A stretch of DNA of 64,000 bases from Caldisericota bacterium (GTDB lineage: Bacteria; Caldisericota; Caldisericia; JAAYUI01). The position numbers and the translations under genes were made by a program. The notes under the pieces are model-generated. The model searched no databases, was not told the origin of the DNA, and was given only the letters and a program-made list of their open reading frames with translations. The DNA lies in contig JAKPMO010000004.1 of NCBI GenBank assembly GCA_029548865.1, forward strand, positions 172,747 through 236,746, written 5' to 3'. Shown piece by piece: positions 58,462-64,000 of this stretch; within the stretch, counting starts at the first letter, position 1; each line of letters starts with the position of its first letter.

Positions 58462-59353
58462 TACGGCTTTTTTGATGCCAGGCCAGGGCTCCCAATATGT
58501 CGGGATGCTTGGCAAGCTGGACGCGTATCCAAAGGCCCAGCAGATCATATCAAAAGTGAACGGCATTCTTGGTTTCGACCTCGTAAAATTGATGAAGGAA
58601 GGACCAATCGAGGAGCTCACACAAACCGAGAACACACAACCAGCATTGGTGGCCTGCTCCGCAGCCTGGCTGGAAATTGCAAAAGAAAAAGGCCTCTCGT
58701 GCCAGTTTGCTCTTGGACACAGTCTTGGTGAGTATTCGGCTCTCTACGCTGCAGAAGCAATTGACCTCGAAACGGCCCTGAGGCTTGTCAGAAGAAGGGG
58801 CGAGCTCATGAGGGACGCAACATCAAAGATCCCTGGAACAATGGGTGCCATTATCGGCCTTCCTGCTGAAAAAGTGAAAGAAATCTGCCAGGAAGCCTCA
58901 AAAATTGGCGTGTGTGAGATGGCCAATTTTAATTCGTCCGGCCAGATAGTTGTCTCCGGCGAAGTGGAAGCTGTAAAAAGGGCCATGGAGCTGGCAAAAG
59001 AAGCCAAGGCAAGGCTGGCAAGATTACTCCAGGTATCTGCACCATTCCATTCGTCCATGATGGACCCAGTGGCCGAACTTTTTGCAAAAGACCTTCAGGC
59101 TGCAAATATAAGTGACGCAAAGTTCCCGGTAGTCGCAAATGTTAATGCAAAACCGGTCCAGAAGACATCAGAAATCAGGGAAAACCTCACAAAACAAATC
59201 AATTCACCTGTCTTGTGGGAAAAATCAATCCTGCAGGTTGTTGCGATGGGTGTCGACAACTTCGTTGAAGTTGGTGCCAAAAATGTACTCACGGGATTGA
59301 ATGGTCAGATTGTGCCGAACCTGACCACCTCAAACACCGAAGCGATGTTCTAG
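58454..59353 (+). CDS. fabD: Malonyl-CoA:ACP transacylase
   Basis: PGQGSQ, TQPAL, GHSLGEY, SAPFHS. Confidence 0.96.
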   Translation: MGNTAFLMPGQGSQYVGMLGKLDAYPKAQQIISKVNGILGFDLVKLMKEGPIEELTQTENTQPALVACSAAWLEIAKEKGLSCQFALGHSLGEYSALYAAEAIDLETALRLVRRRGELMRDATSKIPGTMGAIIGLPAEKVKEICQEASKIGVCEMANFNSSGQIVVSGEVEAVKRAMELAKEAKARLARLLQVSAPFHSSMMDPVAELFAKDLQAANISDAKFPVVANVNAKPVQKTSEIRENLTKQINSPVLWEKSILQVVAMGVDNFVEVGAKNVLTGLNGQIVPNLTTSNTEAMF

Positions 59354-59366
59354 AACCAAGCCTATT

Positions 59367-59398
59367 AAAAAAGCCCCCTCGGTTGAGGGGGCTTTTTT
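59367..59398. terminator. Bidirectional intrinsic terminator
   Basis: AAAAAA-GCCCCCTC-GGTT-GAGGGGGC-TTTTTT between convergent genes. Confidence 0.92.
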
Positions 59399-59415
59399 GT
59401 TTCTGGTAAAACTTT

Positions 59416-60291
59416 CTATCTGGAAAGTAATATATTTCTGATTTTTTCTGTCAGCTCAAGCGATTTTTCAATCGGCCTCTGCCACATGTTTCTGCCAAAT
59501 ATGAAACCTGCAACGCCAGCATCAACAGACATCTGGACTTTCTTCAACAGATCATCGTCCGATATTTTTTCACCACCAGATATTATAACTGCAGCTTTTC
59601 CTGCGGATTTTACGACCCTCTTTATTGCATCTGCTTCGGCTTCCCTCAGGGACTTGTATGGTTCAGGCTGTTTTTCAGAAACGGTAGGCAAAACGTTTGG
59701 AAAGTTTACTTTTATGACATCGGCACCAACCTCAAGGGCAGTCCTTGCCGCATAGTCAATTGAATAGAGGCAGTCCTTGCCACCTTTTACATCAACAAAC
59801 TTACCTCTTGGATATGACCACACGATCAGCGGCATCCCAAACCTGTCGCACTCTTGCCTCACATGGCAGAGTTGCGCTATGTCATCGTCCTGCCTTGGTG
59901 AACCTACAAAGAGTGTGTATCCTACAGCATCAGCGCCGATTCTTACTGCATCCTCGACAGTTGATGTAAGTGAAGAGAAGGCCTCATCGTCTGGTGGGAT
60001 GTTTGTTTTCCCGTTCAGTTTAAGTACAAGCGGGACTTTCCCTGCATAATCGCACATATACTTATCTGCAAGGCCAATGTGCAAGGCTATTGCAGAATAA
60101 GCACCTCTCAAGGCAAGCTCGAATTCAAACTTTGGATCAAGGCTTTCCGGATTGGCAAAAAAATCTTTTGGGCCATGTTCCAGGCCCTGGTCGATTGGGA
60201 GGATCATCAATTTACCGTTTCCAGGCCCGTGCTCAAACGCCATCCTTATCATTCTGACTTTTTTGCCTGTTGAAAGACTGGATAGATTCAT
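59416..60291 (-). CDS. Class I (DhnA/FbaB-type) fructose-bisphosphate aldolase
   Basis: PIDQGLEHGP, WSYPRG, GADVIKV (Schiff-base Lys), FGRN. Confidence 0.92.
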   Translation of the reverse strand: MNLSSLSTGKKVRMIRMAFEHGPGNGKLMILPIDQGLEHGPKDFFANPESLDPKFEFELALRGAYSAIALHIGLADKYMCDYAGKVPLVLKLNGKTNIPPDDEAFSSLTSTVEDAVRIGADAVGYTLFVGSPRQDDDIAQLCHVRQECDRFGMPLIVWSYPRGKFVDVKGGKDCLYSIDYAARTALEVGADVIKVNFPNVLPTVSEKQPEPYKSLREAEADAIKRVVKSAGKAAVIISGGEKISDDDLLKKVQMSVDAGVAGFIFGRNMWQRPIEKSLELTEKIRNILLSR

Positions 60292-60377
60292 ATTACACAC
60301 CTCTTCTTCAACTGGGTCTTGGTCACAAGAGCCCTTCGTTGTTGTATAAAATCCTTGAAGCTAAACCTGGCAGAAAT

Positions 60378-60788
60378 TTAAATCAGTTTGAAGCCAAGGA
60401 CGCTGACGATCCATGATGGCCAGATGAGCCAGAGAATGAGAACTACGATGACAGCAACTGCGATCGGTAAGAGCCATCCTACAATTGCCTTGCTCCAGCT
60501 GTAGCCGCAAAGGAACTTTACCTCAAAATACCATGCCACAGCAGTAAAAATGGTGGCCAGAAGAGGCATCTGGAAGAATATGAGACTAAAAACAATGTTT
60601 GTGCAGAGAAGCAGGAGAGCGCCATAAAGTATTCTTCCCCAACCCGGATACGCGGGCTTCATAAGTTTGGAAGATAACCAATTGCCCAGCATGAAGCAAA
60701 CAAAAATAACAATGTACATCAACATGGCCCCATAGCCAATCCAGGAACTATCGGAGCCAGCAAAACCAACGAGATTGTAATTAATCAT
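60378..60788 (-). CDS. Hypothetical membrane protein
   Basis: Four hydrophobic segments; AGGTGG SD before ATG 60788. Confidence 0.65.
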   Translation of the reverse strand: MINYNLVGFAGSDSSWIGYGAMLMYIVIFVCFMLGNWLSSKLMKPAYPGWGRILYGALLLLCTNIVFSLIFFQMPLLATIFTAVAWYFEVKFLCGYSWSKAIVGWLLPIAVAVIVVLILWLIWPSWIVSVLGFKLI

Positions 60789-60877
60789 TTGCGCACCACC
60801 TTTCAGCAACCATTGTAATTCCGGCAAAAATCCAGTCAAGCCTTGATTTGCCAACTGCAAGACCTTATCAATTGGGT

Positions 60878-61318
60878 ATGGAAAGAAAAACTTTCAGATA
60901 TTTTGTCAGTGTCGACTGGGAAAAGGGCAAGCAAGGATTTTTCTCAGGCATAAACAACGAAAAATTCGCCTTTTCCTGTCCGCCGGAATTTGGAGGACCA
61001 GAAGGTTTCATGTCCCCAGAGGAGATATTTGTTGCCTCAATTGCAACATGCGTCATGGCAACATTCATTAATGTCTGCTCAAGAAATAAAATAGGAATTG
61101 AATCGTACAATTCAAAGGCCGAGGGGGTAATGGAACACATCGAAGGCAACTACAGGATAACAAAGGTTTTCCTGCGGCCGCAAATAATAATCAAAGACCC
61201 GGAGCAAAAGGAAGAATGCGAGAGGATACTTGAAGATGCTCATCAAACCTGCCCGGTTGGCAAATCGGTTGTTTCCCAGGTCATACTGGAACCAGAGCTG
61301 AGTGTGTCAGAGATGTAA
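60878..61318 (+). CDS. OsmC family protein
   Basis: PPEFGG, SPEE..ATC, CPV. Confidence 0.88.
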   Translation: MERKTFRYFVSVDWEKGKQGFFSGINNEKFAFSCPPEFGGPEGFMSPEEIFVASIATCVMATFINVCSRNKIGIESYNSKAEGVMEHIEGNYRITKVFLRPQIIIKDPEQKEECERILEDAHQTCPVGKSVVSQVILEPELSVSEM

Positions 61319-62542
61319 CGACACCCACCAGGTAAGTATTCCAAGCGCCATCTGTGCAATCGCAGGAAACAGCATCAACTTGAATACCTTGAAGAGGGTC
61401 GTCCTGAAATAGTCGCATGTGAGCACTATGCACAGATGCATTGGCGAGAAAAGCACACCAATCACGCCAGATGTAAAGGCGAGCGCAAAGATTCCGTATG
61501 ACGAATTTCCGGCAATTGCCAATATGATCGGGAAAGAAACGCCTACAAAACCAGGAGTTGCACCAATCAACATGCCGAGGATCATGGGCAAAACGATGGC
61601 AACAAAAACCGGTGGGATACCAGTTGAATTGAACCAGACAGAAAGCTCCCCAAAAGCCGTGCTGTTTTGCAGGACCTGGTTCAACAGTATGGAGCCAAGC
61701 AGGATTATGAAGTAGTTTGGCCTGAAAGATTCCTTGACTGAATCCACAAAAACCCTGCCAGCGAACTTGCCCTCCACCTGGCCTTTTTCAACCTTTACGA
61801 TTATTACAATCCACAGTATTGCAATACTCAGAAGAATTGAAACGACGATTTCGGTAGGAAGTGCCAGCACAAATATGATTGCAAGCAAGATTGGCCAGGC
61901 GTCCTTGAGAAACTCCAGGACCCTTTTGGAAATCTGCCCTTTCTCGCCTTGGGTACGCTTCACACCTTTATAGGCAACAGCAAAACCGGTAAAAGCCCCA
62001 AGAATTGTGACCGGGAACTGGAAAGCCATGACCTTTGGGATCGAGAAACCTGTGATTGCGGAAGCCATGAAAATGCCCGGATAGAGTGGAATGGAGCTCT
62101 CCCAAATATGCCTGAACCAATAATTGATGAAGGCCTTTTTTTCTTTCGAGATGTCCATGTCCTTGGCAATCTCATGAACAAGCGGAGCTGAGAAATATGC
62201 GCCACCAACAGAGGGCATGAAACCAATTACAGAAGGGAGGACCGCACAGGCATACCTTCTGTCGGTAAACATCTTCACGGATGAAGATGCAAGCGACTTG
62301 AGCATACCCATCTTGTTTAGCGATCCTTCAAGCAAAAGGACCGCCCAGAGTGCCAGAACGTACTTCCATGTGTCCCAAGAAAAAATTATCTTAAGAAATG
62401 TCAAAGGGATCTTTTCAAGCGGCATGAAAAGAAACCCTGCCGCAACAGCTGCCACAATTAGCGTTATCGAAATGGGTACCTTTTTGGCAGATGCGATTAT
62501 GACTGCTATCAGCAGCCCGCAAATTTTGAGGAATGCGATCAT
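61307..62542 (-). CDS. DUF401 family membrane protein
   Basis: PSVGGAYFSAP, NYWFRHIWE..PLYPG, SPMHLC. Confidence 0.85.
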   Translation of the reverse strand: MIAFLKICGLLIAVIIASAKKVPISITLIVAAVAAGFLFMPLEKIPLTFLKIIFSWDTWKYVLALWAVLLLEGSLNKMGMLKSLASSSVKMFTDRRYACAVLPSVIGFMPSVGGAYFSAPLVHEIAKDMDISKEKKAFINYWFRHIWESSIPLYPGIFMASAITGFSIPKVMAFQFPVTILGAFTGFAVAYKGVKRTQGEKGQISKRVLEFLKDAWPILLAIIFVLALPTEIVVSILLSIAILWIVIIVKVEKGQVEGKFAGRVFVDSVKESFRPNYFIILLGSILLNQVLQNSTAFGELSVWFNSTGIPPVFVAIVLPMILGMLIGATPGFVGVSFPIILAIAGNSSYGIFALAFTSGVIGVLFSPMHLCIVLTCDYFRTTLFKVFKLMLFPAIAQMALGILTWWVSLHL

Positions 62543-63696
62543 TTTACTTTGTCCAGTGCCTGTTTGAGATCTTCTATGAGATCAGAATTGTCTTCAATTC
62601 CAACGGAAAGCCTGAGCATTCCGCTGGTTATGTCTGCTTCTTTGAGGGCCGCCTCATCAAGGTGATGGTGCGACATCAGGACCGGGATTGATATACAGCT
62701 TTCAATACCACCCAGACTTCCCGCTCTGAAAATTAACTGAAGGTTGTCAAAAAGAGCGCTCGCCCCTTCAAACCCACCCTTCATCTCGAATGTTACCATG
62801 CCGCCCCAGCCCTTCATCTGTGTCAGGGCAAGTTCCCTCTCAGGCGAGTTCCACAGACCCGGGTAGAACACCCTTGCCACTTTTGGGTGATTGGCAAGAA
62901 AACGTGCAATTTCCATTGCGGTGCTCTGCGCCTTGTTCATTCTGAGCTCGAGGGTCTTTAACCCTCTTGCCAGAAGGAAGCACGAGAAAGGATCAAGTGG
63001 CGATCCAAACTGTTTCATGAGCCTGTATGCTTTTTCTACCAGGTCCTTCCTGCCAGTTATCGCACCGGCAAGGCAATCACTGTGGCCTGCCATGAATTTT
63101 GTTGCTGAATAGACAACCAGATCAGCACCTAGACTTGCCGGTTTCTGGAGATAGGAAGTGGCAAAAGAATTGTCTGCAACAACCAGCATGTCTCTGCCAT
63201 GCGCCGCAGTGCATGTTGCCCTGATGTCTGTTATTCCAAGTGTTGGATTGGATGGTGTTTCGATATAGGCAACCTTTGCTTCTTTTGGTGCCCATGATAG
63301 ATTGTAAAGCTTCTCTTTGGGGACAAAAAGTGTTTTTACTCCAAACTTTGGCAGTACATTGACAACCAGGTCGTAGGTCCCTCCATAAAGTGAGTTCTGT
63401 GCTACTATTATGTCGCCTGCAGAAAGGCAGGACATAAGGCCAACACTTACTGCAGCCATTCCGGACGAGAGTGCGACGGCACTTTCACAGTCATCAAGCG
63501 AGGCTATCTTCTCTTCAAGCGATTTTCTTGTTGGATTGGAGATCCTTGAATATATGTAACCATCCCAGCCCTCAAGCGACTTCGCGTTTGGTATTACATA
63601 AGTCGTGCTTGGCGAGATATCACCTGTAACAGCCTGGTTGAACCATTCTGGATGTTCACCGGAGTGTATCGCTTTTGTTCCGTAACGTTTTTTCAT
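62539..63696 (-). CDS. PLP-dependent trans-sulfuration enzyme (cystathionine gamma-lyase/synthase family)
   Basis: YSRISNPT, SGMAA, YGGT, ETPSNP, SATKFMAGHSD, SLGG, RLSVGIE. Confidence 0.92.
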   Translation of the reverse strand: MKKRYGTKAIHSGEHPEWFNQAVTGDISPSTTYVIPNAKSLEGWDGYIYSRISNPTRKSLEEKIASLDDCESAVALSSGMAAVSVGLMSCLSAGDIIVAQNSLYGGTYDLVVNVLPKFGVKTLFVPKEKLYNLSWAPKEAKVAYIETPSNPTLGITDIRATCTAAHGRDMLVVADNSFATSYLQKPASLGADLVVYSATKFMAGHSDCLAGAITGRKDLVEKAYRLMKQFGSPLDPFSCFLLARGLKTLELRMNKAQSTAMEIARFLANHPKVARVFYPGLWNSPERELALTQMKGWGGMVTFEMKGGFEGASALFDNLQLIFRAGSLGGIESCISIPVLMSHHHLDEAALKEADITSGMLRLSVGIEDNSDLIEDLKQALDKVK

Positions 63697-63970
63697 GCCA
63701 AATCTCCTTGCAAGGAAAAAAGTGAGGATTGTAAAAAAACATCATGGCAAGAATGTTCGTGCCACTAATAAAGATAACCAAGAGCCACTTTTTGACTTTG
63801 CAAAGAAGATTGTGAACATTTTTGCATTAAGTGTCCACCGTTGTTATACTTCTATCACAAAGTTGCAGCAAAAAATGACAGGGTGCCAAAAAAATAAATG
63901 GCCCCAAAACAACAAAACCACACTTGAAACCTTGAACACATAGGCTAAGATTGTTGACCAATAGGAGGTC

Positions 63971-64000
63971 TTGATGAAGGAAAATGAAAATTTACCAGAG
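63971..64000 (+). CDS. Start of a gene running off the window
   Basis: TTGAAA-16-TAAGAT promoter, AGGAGG SD, TTG/ATG start. Confidence 0.55.
   Translation, partial: MMKENENLPE

Noticed and set aside
1..64000. CRISPR array, IS element, prophage or rRNA
   Set aside because: No repeat-spacer array, transposase, integrase, phage gene or rRNA sequence recognised by eye

Overview
Core chromosomal window (about 45% GC by eye) of an anaerobic bacterium. A copper-amine-oxidase-N 'stalk' surface protein and the gene set suggest a Caldisericota-like lineage (inference). Contents: (1) an 11-subunit complex I operon nuoABCDHIJKLMN without nuoEFG (minus strand, nuoN truncated by the window edge); (2) a tightly packed ~23 kb minus-strand run: radical SAM, pheS, pheT, polX, mutS2, DUF4388, MglA-like GTPase, TPR-CofE-like, tldD, tldE, alr, secreted Omp28-like protein, NTP-transferase, uppP, recG, ABC-F; (3) roadblock pair, rluB, tRNA-Ile2, Zn-ribbon, rnhA, rho; (4) hpf-secA-prfB-selB-selC followed by a trk operon; (5) assorted metabolic and membrane genes. 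No mobile element or CRISPR array was found. Three main signals: (a) NuoL has three tandem 26-aa units in its lateral helix instead of one, i.e. length for two extra antiporter-like subunits, though only one nuoM is visible; (b) a probable secreted selenoprotein (signal peptide, UxxC, SECIS-like hairpin) whose N-terminus is missed by the ORF track; (c) the frameshift-regulated prfB overlaps selB (ATGA) and is followed by tRNA-Sec, so the two competitors for UGA share one unit.
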